64,000 nucleotides of DNA. Source: Eledone cirrhosa. Taxonomy: Eukaryota. The position numbers and the translations under genes are program-made. The stretch is taken from positions 49,972,001 to 50,036,000 of the forward strand of contig OZ024748.1 of assembly GCA_964016885.1 (NCBI GenBank), in the 5' to 3' direction. Shown here piece by piece: positions 47,270 to 59,986 of this stretch. The notes beneath the pieces were generated by a model. That model was given only the letters and a program-made list of their open reading frames with translations. It did no database searches and was not told where the DNA came from. The first letter of the stretch is position 1. Every line of letters starts with the position of its first letter.

Positions 47270-48464
47270 TATATAGGTATTTTCCTTTTGTATAATATAT
47301 TCCAACATTAACCAAATTATCAAAGATAATTTCTGCCACCATATTACTATTTTCTGGTCCGTATTTGAATTCCTAGCTTTTATAAGCTAGTTATATTTCT
47401 CAGAATATATATGAAATATTTCATAATATATATGAACAATGCACCAACAGTATCTCCTTTCCTGGAGAATCAACTGAATAAGATTTTTGAATGTCCACAG
47501 GAATTCTGCCTCTGGAATTCTTTTAATCATTCAAAGTTATTTGCATTGTGGCATGTGTGAGGATTTCACTATGCTTTAGAAAATTTGTTCTTTAACAACT
47601 TTTGCTACTATAATAGATTGTATCAGAATTGATGGTTTACATCTGCACTCAAAGAAAACCTATTCACAAACATGCACACGTTGACACAAAGACCGACACT
47701 TATATATATATGCACACATGGCTAAAATGATATAATTACATCCACAGGAAGAAACGGACTCGTAGGCTACGTTGTTCTGACAGTTGATTATTTCCAGTGC
47801 AATTGCCACTTAACACAAATTGCATCGCTACACATTGTATTATTCTAAACAGTAAAATATTACATATAAACGAATACATACAAATATATATACAGTTATT
47901 TATATGTATCCGCACACTCACCGATACACAAACGCTTTAACCTGGCAGAGTAAATAAAAAAAGAATATAAAATGATAATAATAAATCATCCCTGACAAGT
48001 AAAATATATTTGCAGAAGCAAAGGGTCATTAAATTTGCAGCTCTGTTCATCAAAAGTCAAGTGAAAAAACTGAAGTTGGATGCATCGTTACGAAGGTGGT
48101 ATATGACGAAGTAGTGAAAGGACCTCAGATTTTGGCGTTTCTGAGAGGTAGTAGGTAGTGGAATATCATTAATGTATAGCATCCTGTATATAATACTAGA
48201 TATGTGCAAAAGGTTATGCCGGCGTTAGGAGATATTTTACCATTGTGTTTCTGTGACGTTCTAATATTCGCAAAAGCTATGCGAATCCTATCTTATATAT
48301 ATTTAGTGTGTACAATATTCCCTTGTGGTATTTCCCTCATTAATACTGTACAATTTAGATTCCCACTTCCGAAGCCCTTTTAAGGCTTCTGTAAAACAGG
48401 ATTTATAAGTTTCTGCCTTGATCTCTCGAATACGCAGAAAATCATCTATTATTAAGCATCCAAA

Positions 48465-48690
48465 CTGCGGCGAATTGGCAGAATCGGCAGCGCGTCGGAC
48501 AACGTGCTTTGTGGCATACATTTACGTTCCATTCCGTTCTGAGTTCAAATCCCGCCGACCTTTATCTTTGCCTTTCATCCTTACGTAATAGATAAAATAA
48601 AGTACCGCTAACGCACTGGAGTTTATTTCATCTTACTTTTCTTTCCCCCAAAATTGCTGACCCTGTGCCTATAGTTGAAAATATTATTAA
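48465..48690 (+). mobile_element. SINE family 1 copy (diverged)
   Basis: GAATTGGCAGAATCGG A box, GAGTTCAAATCCCGCC B box, CTTTGCCTTTCATCCTTACG body. Confidence 0.8.
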
Positions 48691-49184
48691 GCACCAAGAA
48701 AAGTTTAACATTCCAACTTAGAAAAAAAAAAACTTTAAAAAAGACCGTATGAAATCATTCTCTACTGAGTCTAACGCGATTATTGATTTTTGTGGTCTTC
48801 TATAAGCTTTAGGAGGTCTAATTCTATATTGAACAGTGGTAATCGGTTGTAAGTCTTAACGCAATATCAATTCTGCTTCTAGATTTTATCAATGAAGCTG
48901 TTTGCCTGGATCCACGTTCAAACAAATATACTATGGAAAAGGAAATAAGACCTATTTGAGTCTTTTCAACAGTGTTGAAAATTATAACTTGAACGAGAAC
49001 AAGTCTGTAAGTGTGTGTGTGTGTGTGTGTGTTTTTGTATGCATGTATGCATGTATGTATGTATGTATGTATGGATGTATATATGTATGTATATATATAT
49101 ATATATGTATGTATGCATGTTGTCTATGTATATATATAAATAGAAACTCACATACACACACATACACACGCACTTATACATATA

Positions 49185-49930
49185 TACGATGTACACTCAA
49201 GAAGTTTTGAGACTTTTATCAAAGACATTTATTTAACTCAGATCAACACAAAACTCTAGTGTTCCTCAAAGAACAATGATCCAATTTTAATGGACTTGTT
49301 GTAGCGCTACAGCCCCTTATGGAAGGCCCCCTGTAGTCCTCCAATGCGAAGGTGACCAGGACACTTGTCATAGCCTCCCTCCTCTCCTCCTCATCAAAGC
49401 GAATAACCCGGAACTTCTCCTTCAGCTTCAGGAACATCCAGAAATCGCATGGGACTGTGTTTGGACTGTAGGGAGATGAGGGACAGTCTTGATACCATTA
49501 TCGGCCAAGTTCACGGGGCTGGATTTGTGATAGGAAGCATTGTCCTGGTGCACGTGTCAGTGACAAGACTTGAAAAGTTCTGGTCCCTTGAACGGGATCT
49601 TTTTCTAAACTTCCTCAAAACCTCTACCTAGTACTATTTGTTGACTGACTGACCGTGGGGGACCCAGTAGATGTAGATAATACCCTTGCTGTCGAAGAAT
49701 GGGATCATCATGAGCTTCCCACTGGAACTGTTTTGTATGATCTTGGGTCTTGCAGAATCTGAATATTTTCACTGGGAACTCTGTCTTTTGGTCCCTGGAT
49801 CATAGCAGTAGACCCAGCTTTCGACATAGGATACGAGAGACTTAAGGACACTTAGATCCGAAACTAGCCGCTCAACCATCTCCTTGCTGTCATCAATGAT
49901 CGCTGCATTTGATCTTCATTAGAGGTTGTC
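49185..49930 (-). pseudogene. Decayed mariner (DD34D) transposase, catalytic domain with probable one TIR remnant
   Basis: Minus-strand translation ESWVYCYDPGTKRQSSQ*, KLMMIPFFDSKGII, HQDNAS.H and HLPYSPNTVPCDFWMFLKLKE matches the mariner TGDE/HDNA/YSPDLAPxD motifs. Multiple stops. TA-CGA.. start at 49185 is a plausible TIR. Confidence 0.88.
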
Positions 49931-50440
49931 TCTCAACTAGATATATACATTTATGCTCTGGGCTTAATGTTCATTGTTGACTAACTTAATTAAGATACGT
50001 TATATATATATGGATTTATCCTAACCAACCTGCCTTCAGTGAGACATTGGTTTTTTCGATCATCCTCTTTATGCAATAGATTAGCTATTGTACAGTGAGA
50101 TATATAGTACGACCTTAAAAACTTACTGATGAATGATGTTGCCTGGTCTTGATGATTGGTGATTGAACCTAATCATTATATCGATTATAGACGCCATATT
50201 CTGAAATTGATCATGAAACTGCCGTTTAAGTAAACTTTAGACAATCTTGACTTGATTCTTTCTGTCAGTGAGTATATTTATTATTATCATTATATGTATG
50301 TACATGATACTAGTTGTTTCTCAATTTGATATATGAAAGAGACCTTTTTTTATATCGTTTATACTTGTAAATATATATATATATATATATATTAAGAGAG
50401 TAAAACAAAGAAGCCTTCAATACATCAAAAGTCTTTATTA

Positions 50441-50478
50441 GCCGACAATGTTTCGTCCTATTAAGGACTCATCAGGGC
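50441..50478 (-). ncRNA. Minimal Type I hammerhead ribozyme (canonical core)
   Basis: Minus strand gcc CTGATGA gtcct taat aggac GAAA catt GTC ggc then AATAAA: perfect core, stem II GTCCT/AGGAC, GUC cleavage triplet, stem I gcc/ggc. Confidence 0.85.
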
Positions 50479-50619
50479 AATTCAAACAACAAGAAGTAAT
50501 AACGGCAGATACAAGCCAGAAGCTTTTGGCTCTGTTTAACTACATTGAGCTATACCTTTTACTGCCATTTCTATAATACGAAGAGAGTGTTTAACCCCAA
50601 CACGCTCCAGTATTTTAAC

Positions 50620-50691
<72 letters not shown>

Positions 50692-50736
50692 TACAACCGG
50701 TCCTGGCATTGATAAATATTCTGGGTCCGTTAGCTT

Positions 50737-50892
<156 letters not shown>

Positions 50893-51636
50893 AGGGGAAA
50901 GGGAGTGTGAGGAGAGAGGGGGAGAGAAGAAGACAGAGGATATTTAGATAGTGAATAGACAGATATGTGTGTACATGGAAGTTAACGTTATATATATATA
51001 TATATATATAAGTGATTTTCTGTGATTACTAATGCATGTATAGTTCAACGCTAAGATAAAAAACAATCCATTAAATAAGCATTTTTTTTTATCTTACTCT
51101 AATCTACACTAAACAAATCAGGTTTAATGACAATTTTGATAAGTTTTTCAGATCTCTTTTCAACAAATCTATTATATTTTTTGACAAAACGAAAGCAAAA
51201 AATCCCTCGAAAATATTTCCATGTGAGACATAAGAACTGAATAGTTTTCATTGTTTCTGCTGTGATTGTCATCTCATGAATCATACGATGCTCTGGGATT
51301 AATGTGTAAACATCGCAAACTGCATATAAAGAAGTTTTATTTATACAAACTATTATCATTAATATAATCATCATCATCATTATTTTTATTATTTTTATTA
51401 TTATTATTATTATTAATATTATTATTACGTTTGAGTTTTTATTTTAAAAGATTCAAAGTTTGATTAAATCTTTACAAATCAAGAAGTATAATTATATACC
51501 TTTTACTAAACCTTTTTTTCTTGCAAGACAAAATCTGTATTCTAGTATCTATTTACATACCATGCTAATTACCCCCACTTACATACGAGTTAATGTAATC
51601 ACACTCATTTATATATATATATATATATATATATAT

Positions 51637-51970
<334 letters not shown>

Positions 51971-52321
51971 TATGTATATATATATGTATATATATATATA
52001 TATGTGTGTTTGTGTGTATGTGTGTGCGTGCGTGTGCGTGAGTATCTGTGTGTATGTGTGTATGTGCGTATGTGTGTGTGTCTGTGTGTGTGTGTGTGTA
52101 TATCTGTGTGTGTGTGTGTGTGTCTGTGTGTGTGTGTGGGTGTGAGTGTCCAAGCAATTGTAAATCATTAGGTAAGAACTGCACTCTATCCCTTTCTTTG
52201 TTTTGATATATATATATATATATACATATACACACAAATAGAGGGTCGCTATTTGAATATGGCGAAAGCGAGAAAACATCAATCAATTGGTCAAGTGAAT
52301 CGATATTTTCGATTCCAAGAT

Positions 52322-52393
52322 TAAAACTGCCTATAGTGGTAAAACTGCCTATAGTGATAAAACTGCCTATAGTGACACAACTGCCTATAGTGG
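52322..52393. repeat. 18-bp tandem repeat, 4 copies
   Basis: AAAACTGCCTATAGTG(G/A)T repeated. Confidence 0.88.
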
Positions 52394-52558
52394 TAAGAAG
52401 ATAATTGATAAGAAGAAAGTAAGACGAATAACCTGAGCAGGTCAAATTACCAACGGGATGATTGAATTCTGAGAGACTAAGGAATACTGATCGCAAGCAG
52501 AGGCTGGAGAAACTAAAACCACACTCACTGGAGAAAATCTGTGATATATATACAGCGT

Positions 52559-52583
<25 letters not shown>

Positions 52584-52590
<7 letters not shown>

Positions 52591-52809
52591 TAATGAAATG
52601 ACAGGAGGCTGGATTTGTGTAAATCCTTGAAAGGTTTTACACAAATCCAGCCTCCTGTCATTTCATTATAATATTTAACTCCGTAATAGCACCACCAACT
52701 ACAAAAACAAAGACGGTTGAACTGCTTTACGTTGAGTACTCTCTATATTATTGCATTACGATTGACCATACGGAATAGACCAGCTCTATACAGTGGTGAA
52801 CCTCAAACC

Positions 52810-52815
<6 letters not shown>
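52584..52815. mobile_element. Family E fold-back insert (40-bp arms) in (TA)n
   Basis: 52584-52623 / 52636-52675 are inverted. The sequence matches the region downstream of the HHRs at 46273 and 24840. Confidence 0.72.
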
Positions 52816-52860
<45 letters not shown>

Positions 52861-52862
<2 letters not shown>

Positions 52863-53052
52863 GGCGGTGAATTGGCAGTATCGGTAGAGGGTCGGACGCC
52901 ATGATTTGACGCATAGAGTTACGGCCCTTGCCATTCTGAGTTCAAATCCCGCCGAGGTTAACTTTGCCTTTCATCCTTACGGGGTCGATAAAATAAAGTA
53001 CCAGTAATTTTACTGGCTAATTGCTGGCCTTGTGCCAAAAGTAGAAACAGTT
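52861..53052 (+). mobile_element. tRNA-derived SINE family 1 (most complete copy)
   Basis: A box TGGCAGTATCGG, B box GAGTTCAAATCCC, conserved body CTTTGCCTTTCATCCTTACGGGGTCGATAAAATAAAGTACCAG, tail GGCCTTGTGCC..AAGTAGAAAC. More than 15 copies in the window. Confidence 0.9.
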
Positions 53053-53398
53053 ATATATATGTGTGTGTGTGTATGTATGTGTGTGTGTGAGTGTGTATAT
53101 AATTGTATAGAGATAGAGAGGCAGAATTCAACCCAGTACTAGATAGGTATTCTTTCTATCGAAAGGGGGAAAGGAAAAGTTGAACCCGGCGGGACTTGAA
53201 CTCAGAAAACAGTGATCCGAATCGAATACCATAAAGCATTCTGACCGACGTTCTAATGCCAACTCCAACAAACACACACACATATATATATGTATGTATC
53301 ATTGTATGTATATATATATGTATATATATTCTCCTGAGCGTGAATTTAATAAACATTTATTGTACTGCCTCTCTGTTCTGTCCCTGTTCAAATTTTTC

Positions 53399-53441
<43 letters not shown>

Positions 53442-53628
53442 CGAAAGAGTTGTGGTAAGGAACCAGATGGACCATAACGCACCAGAGTACTCAATAATTA
53501 GGGAAGTAGAGTGAGTAACAGGAAAATGTATGAACCCGACGGCAGAGCTGAAGCCGTTTCGGCGGCTATTTTAGTCCAGAAATAGCCGTCGAAACGGCTT
53601 GAGCTCTGCCGTCGGGGTCATACATTTT

Positions 53629-53681
<53 letters not shown>

Positions 53682-53797
53682 GTGAGGTTTTTTTTTTTTT
53701 TTACAAAATGAAAAATAACCGAGGTGTCCTACACGAGTGGAAGTATAAAGAAAAAGGGATGAAATCGAAAATGCAACAGACCCTCCTTCTCAACTCA

Positions 53798-53835
53798 CCT
53801 TTTGAAAAGCAGAAGAACTGCGAAACCGGTAAAGG
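53798..53835 (+). ncRNA. Hammerhead ribozyme, U3-A8 core variant, family D
   Basis: cctt TTGAAAA gcag aagaa ctgc GAAA ccgg TA aagg, followed by AATAAA. Decayed copies at 4596-4632 and about 35170-35206. Confidence 0.72.
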
Positions 53836-53907
53836 AACCAAATAAATATATATATTTAAAAAAAAAATAAGACTTCAGTTGCATTTTCGATTTCATCCCT
53901 TTTTCTT

Positions 53908-53941
<34 letters not shown>

Positions 53942-54652
53942 CGTATATGTACATACACTTATATATTATATATATTTGAGCGTGTGCGTAGAGAGAGAGG
54001 GGGGTGGAGAGAGAGAGAGAGAGAGAGGGAGAAAGAGAGAAAGAGAGAAAGAGAGAAAGAGAGAAAGAGTGAAATAGAGAAATATATCCCTGTTAATGAA
54101 AGTTATTTTAAATTAATTGCCAGCTATTCTTTATTATTTGACTCTATTGAATCATATTCTTTCATTCTTTCATTCATATTTTTTATATTTTTTACTCATT
54201 AAACATTTATTTCACTCGATGTTTCATTTTGTTTTTTACTTATACAAAACATTTCCTTTTCTTCCTTTTCTTTCAGTTTTTCTCATTCTTCCGTCTCTTT
54301 GTCTCCTTCCTCCTTTGTATATTACCTCCCCTTCTTCACCTTTTGTTTGTCTTAGTTCATACATTTTGTTTCCAGCTCATGTAACGTTTCCCAGCACAGT
54401 TATAAATGATGTTTCTTGCTCTGTATAATATATACTTACTTTCTTTAAACAATCGCGATTCCTTCTTTATTTATCAGTCTATTTATCTGTTTGTCCGTCT
54501 GTTTTTCATATCCAACAATATCTCTCTATTTCCCTTCCCATCACTCACCTTATCACCCCTCTCTCCCCTTATACACATACACCTTTGCATATATATATGT
54601 GTGTATGTCGTATCGTTGCTTTTCTTCTGTGCCTTTTCCTACATTAAAATAT

Positions 54653-54686
<34 letters not shown>

Positions 54687-54687
<1 letters not shown>

Positions 54688-55301
54688 TTCGGAAAGTATA
54701 TTTATTCCATTTCAGAAACTAATTAGTTGGGATTGAAATTTTAGTAAGTAAGTTAATTTTATAATTTTCTTATTTTACGTCTCTCATATTATTGTTCTGC
54801 AACCCCATGCATTGAACCACAAAGTTACTAAGACAAAACCTATATATTTGCTAGCATTGATATGCATCTGTATGTATATATATGTTACTAGATATTAATT
54901 CTTTATAATTATCTCCAAATTATTTGTCGAGCAATATTGGCCAAGACTGCTGCTATGGTAGCAGGCAGGCCGCTGTCTTATTAACAAACCACTTTCCACT
55001 GATTGACCTCGATGTCACGTGATTGATTCTTTTTGAATTTGCTACCGACGCAGAGGCAGTGATTTTCTCAATGGCTAGGAATTCAGTCCACGCTTTGCTA
55101 TTTTCTATCCACTGAATTATTTTTGTATAAGTTTCCAGAGTCCACGCTTTGCCTGGATACTTAGTTGAGAATAGTCTTCCCTGACGACGAAATGCTTCTC
55201 AATATTTTCTTCGGAAAGTATATTTATTCCATTTCAGAAACTAATTAGTTGGGAGTGAAATTTTAGTAAGTAAGTTAATTTTATAATTTTCTTATTTTAC
55301 G

Positions 55302-55311
<10 letters not shown>
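54687..55311 (+). mobile_element. HHR element family B, 522-bp monomer with 103-bp terminal direct repeats
   Basis: 54687-54789 is repeated at 55209-55311 (one visible mismatch). (TA)n on both sides. Homologous to the inverted-arm copy at 34671-35082. Confidence 0.75.
55176..55255 (+). ncRNA. Hammerhead ribozyme with extended stem II, family B
   Basis: cttcc CTGACGA c gaaatg ..atattttc ttcg gaaagtat.. catttc a GAAA ctaattag TT gggag. Stems covary with the 34837 copy. Confidence 0.75.
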
Positions 55312-55345
<34 letters not shown>

Positions 55346-55584
55346 CTCCCTTTTTTCACACATATATATATATATATATATATATGTGAAAAGAGGGAGA
55401 AAAAGACGATTATTAGGAAGAAAAATATTTTTTTCCCTTTTTATTTCTTTCTCTCTTTTTTTCTGAGTTAGAAAATGATTAAAACGAAATATTTTACTTT
55501 GTGTGAAGTGTTAAGGTATTAGTTGATTTATTTATTAATTAACAATGGCATTTATTTATTTATTTATATATTTAATAATTGTCT

Positions 55585-55619
55585 ATTACCGGTTTCAGCA
55601 TTTTTATGCATTATCAAAT
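55585..55619 (-). ncRNA. Hammerhead-like motif, U3-A8 variant
   Basis: at TTGATAA t gcat aaaa atgc t GAAA ccgg TA at. Stem I is weak. Confidence 0.6.
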
Positions 55620-56103
55620 GATAATATATATATAATCAGAATAAATGAAGGAGAAGGCAATAGATTTAAAAACAAACTTTACATCTTACACAGTGTGTCA
55701 TCTATACATCTATACCAACATTTTTAATTTACAAATTATACCTATTCGAATTTATCGTCCTAATTTATGCAATCGGACGGCTATTTGCCTCTCCTTTTAA
55801 GGAATTTTTAGCCTGGAAAAAATAAGTTGGACTAACTTCCAGTAACATCAATATAAACGATCCTTTCTTCTCTCAAGATTCCATACAAATATCACTAATA
55901 ACAATGTATATACGTCACACATATATGTGTGAACTGTTATTCGAGATTGTACAAATGAAAATGTTTTTCAATTATTTACTTATTTATTTGCATATTCACC
56001 CATAAGTTTAAAAAATCCCTAATACATTTCCACTATCCAGAGAATATCCAACTGATAAGGTATGATTTTCCTGGGTATGTCTCTATTTATAAAACAAACT
56101 TTG

Positions 56104-56166
56104 TATTTTATCTGAAGAAAGCATACCAAAGTCTTTTGGTACCCTTGAAATATATATAATAAAATA
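56104..56166 (+). ncRNA. Type I hammerhead ribozyme, family A
   Basis: tattttat CTGAAGA aagcataccaaa gtct tttggtaccctt GAAA tatata TA ataaaata. 8-bp perfect stem I. Confidence 0.82.
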
Positions 56167-56300
56167 AATATGGTTTTATAAATATAGTTTCCATTTATTT
56201 AATATCATTGAATATTTACTCCAGGAAACTGTTGAGTGCTCTAAATCAGTTATAAACATTTATATTTGTCGGATTTCCAACAAATTAAATGCCCCTTCTA

Positions 56301-56353
<53 letters not shown>

Positions 56354-56623
56354 TGAATTTTAACGATGAAAATTCAATGTTCTGTGAAATAAGTTCTTAG
56401 GGTTCTGAAATAATCTTATAATTTGTTATAGTGTTACTTACAATATTTTGTCTTTCTTTGTTTTCTTTCTTGAAATTAGACACTAAATCATCAAGAATTG
56501 TTTGTGTACACCATTCCCTCTATCATCACATACATGGATTATCCATTTGTTCTACTTGGATTATTTCCCGTAGCTTACTGATTCTATTTATATACAACAA
56601 ACATTGAATTGAAGTTCATTATT

Positions 56624-56792
56624 AGAGGGTCGGACGCCATGCTTTGACGCATAGAGTTACGGCCCTTGCCATTCTGAGTTCAAATCACGCCGAGGTTAAC
56701 TTTGCCTTTCATCCTTACGGGGTCGATAAAATAAAGTACCAGTAATACACTGGGTAATTGCTCGCCTTGTGCCAAAAGTAGAAACAATTATT
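56624..56792 (+). mobile_element. 5'-truncated SINE family 1 copy with ATTATTAGA direct repeats
   Basis: Near identical to 52886-53050. ATTATTAGA lies on both sides. Confidence 0.85.
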
Positions 56793-57601
56793 AGAAATAA
56801 ACGCCAATATTAAAAGTACAATAATCTTTAAAAGAAAGAAAGAGAAAGTACGATAATAGTAGTATAAGATGGGGCCATCAGTTCAAGCAATATCAGGAGT
56901 CACAGACACAGAGATAATGCCTAATAACATTGCCGAGTCTGTGGGAAATGCTCAAAAACCATTACACACATTGTGAATGAGTTCAAAGGTGGTGACATGA
57001 TCATGTGGCTGAGATAGTTCACTGGAAGTTATGTGAGAAGTAGAGTTTTGAGCGTGGTAAAATAGGTACACAGATAAACCCGAGACAGTATTAGAATCTT
57101 CAGGGTATAGACTTTTGTCGAACCTTTCAATAGAGACTGATATATATATCTAGAACGCAACAAAGCATATACTGTAATCTTTGATCAACAGAAGATCATG
57201 CCAGGAATAACTTTGACCAAAGTCCTTCTCGACCAGGGCTAACCTGGGGCTAAATAACAACAGCAATGACAAACCACACAATCGTGTACATATGTTGAAA
57301 TATTTATGTTAGTTTAAAATATGAAAAAAAAAATGTCTGAATAAAAACGTATTGAAATAACATTTATTTGTCTTTGTTGCAAGTTGTATTTAGAAACATA
57401 TTTCATAAACAAAAAGAAATAATATGTATTTATTATTTCAACACGTATTTAAATGAATATGAGTGTGTGGTCTCTCTGTGTTTGAGTAGTTGAGTGTGGA
57501 TATGTGTGCAAGCGACATATAAAAACGAAAACATACACACACAAACACATATGCACACTCACAGATTCACGCACACACACACACATACACACACACTCTC
57601 C

Positions 57602-57642
<41 letters not shown>

Positions 57643-57948
57643 CTCGCTCTCACTATTTGGTAACGTGGTGGGATTAAGGGCTGTGTTACCAGAGGAAAAT
57701 AAATAATACACCTGAGCCCTTAGGTATTTTGCATGACAATATTTTGAATTACGAATTACAGATTATAATCATATGTATATATATATATATATATTATAAT
57801 CATATGTATATATAATCATATGTATATATATATATATATACAACATATATATATATATATATATACAGTATATATATATATATATATATAATAATTATAT
57901 AGATTATATATATATATTTATGTGGATATGTATCTATCTATCTCTCTC

Positions 57949-58017
<69 letters not shown>

Positions 58018-58098
58018 CAGACGTGTGTAACTTTGCGGAGAAGTTTCCGTTATTTTATGTAAGAAAAAAACGTGAGTTTTCAGTAAAATTTTATATTA

Positions 58099-59586
58099 TT
58101 GTGTAACTTGACCCCCCGTTTGGGCCTTCAGGTGGTGGGTCAACTCATTTTTGCCCCTACAGGGGCGAAATATTTGTTTGAAAAACTTTTCTGTCCAAAC
58201 AACACAAATGACACCAAACAGTTCAATGACAACAAAAATAACAACAACAACACCAATAATGATGATAAAAACAACAATGACAACAACAACAAAGAAAAAA
58301 ATAAAGACAACACCAATAACACCAGCATCAAAGACAACAACAACACCAACACCAACACCAAGGAAAATACAAATAATATCAACATCAGTGACAACAAGAA
58401 TAACAACAATAATGACAACACCACCAACACGGGTAATTCCACAAAGAAACCAAAAATCTCCTTTGCACAGACAGTTCAGAAAAAGGAGGACTGACATATC
58501 TCGACATAACAAATGCCGAATAACTTTTAAAGGAGATATGTCACTTTCTAAAAAAATGGTGCTTTCAGCATCAATTCTCCGGTAGAAATTCGCAAGGAAA
58601 CTGCTCTCAAAACGATAGTTTTTAGGACAGTTTCCAATTCTACCTGAAAACCAGTCCAATTGTCACAGAAAGAAATTGATTTGGTTTTCAAAAATTCAAT
58701 GAATCATATTTCATTCATTCAAAGAAGCATACTCTTTGGGAGTATTTCGGTACTCATGAAGGATCAATTGACGGCCCAAAATTACTCTGTGTCGCCAATT
58801 GTATCCAACCTGCATAACTTTTTCCCTACATACATGGGAAACAGGACACAAAAGATTAAAATCACGAGTGTCACAACATAGGTGAACATATGGTGGATAC
58901 TGTGCGGCTTCATCAATTTTGATGAAGACGGAATACTGTCAGAAGGAAAGTCCCCCAGAGATGTATTCAATGGGACTAGCGTTGAAGTTCTGGTGCAAAT
59001 GAACCCAGAGCGAATAGCTATGAACCCACAACGTGTACTCCTGGACGGACTCACCTACATAAACTTTTCGGTTGAGGGTAGGCGGCCTTCATGTTACCAT
59101 TGCTTTAGCAGGGGTCACCTGAGGGCTTCCTGTCCTAAATTAATGAGTAAAAAAAAGGCTCTTCTGCCGACACCCATCAAAACAATACAACCACCAACAC
59201 CACCACCACCACAACAACAACACCAACACACAAAAATAACCACAACAAACACAGTCCCACCCAACCCCACTCCACCTAAAACCACTGCAAAATCACATAC
59301 AGACACAACATCTCCCCAAGACATACCCCTCCCCAATCACATGGACGATACAACAGTGAAGACGAGGGAGAACCCCATCGTTCGAAAAGAAAGAAAAGAC
59401 ATCACAAAAGCAAAAAACCAGCAAACACTACCACAGACATACAACCACCAACACAAACAACAAAAACATCACAAAGAAAACCCCTACCTCCTGAAAACAA
59501 AATACCTACAACAAAACGAAAGCACACACAAGAACTACAGACAAAAACAAACACAACACAAGAAAATTACACTTACACTTACATAA
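58099..59586 (+). pseudogene. Tx1 ORF1 (gag-like) remnant, interrupted by stops and frameshifts
   Basis: Zinc knuckle CYHCFSRGHLRASC (CX2CX4HX4C) at 59092-59133, Asn/Thr-rich N-terminal region and Pro/Thr-rich C-terminal tail. Split over several ORF-track pieces (stops at 58494, 58881 etc.). Confidence 0.75.
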
Positions 59587-59986
59587 ACACTGAAAACAAA
59601 ACACTAATGGAGACCATCACGAACGACCCTTCGGTGAAAACCGAAGGGAAAACTTTCGCCCACTCTATTAAAAATAACAAAAAACTGAACCTAAAACTGA
59701 TTAGCGTCCTTATACAAACTTATAGGTCCCTAAAAGAAACATTTGAAAAGGATGAGGGGAATTCCTGCGTGAAACCACTTAACTGCGTCCTTCTCAAATG
59801 TCTCCCCACCCCAGACACCCCCATCCCACCAGATCCCACCTCACGAAACATCTCCGTCCCCACCCCGCCGGAAACCACCACCCACCCAGACAACCCCTCC
59901 AACACCCCATGGAAATCGTGCAGCCTTGTCCCCAGGAGACGAAGGGTGAGTGATCTCTTTTCCTCTTTTAACTTTTCAGCACCAAC

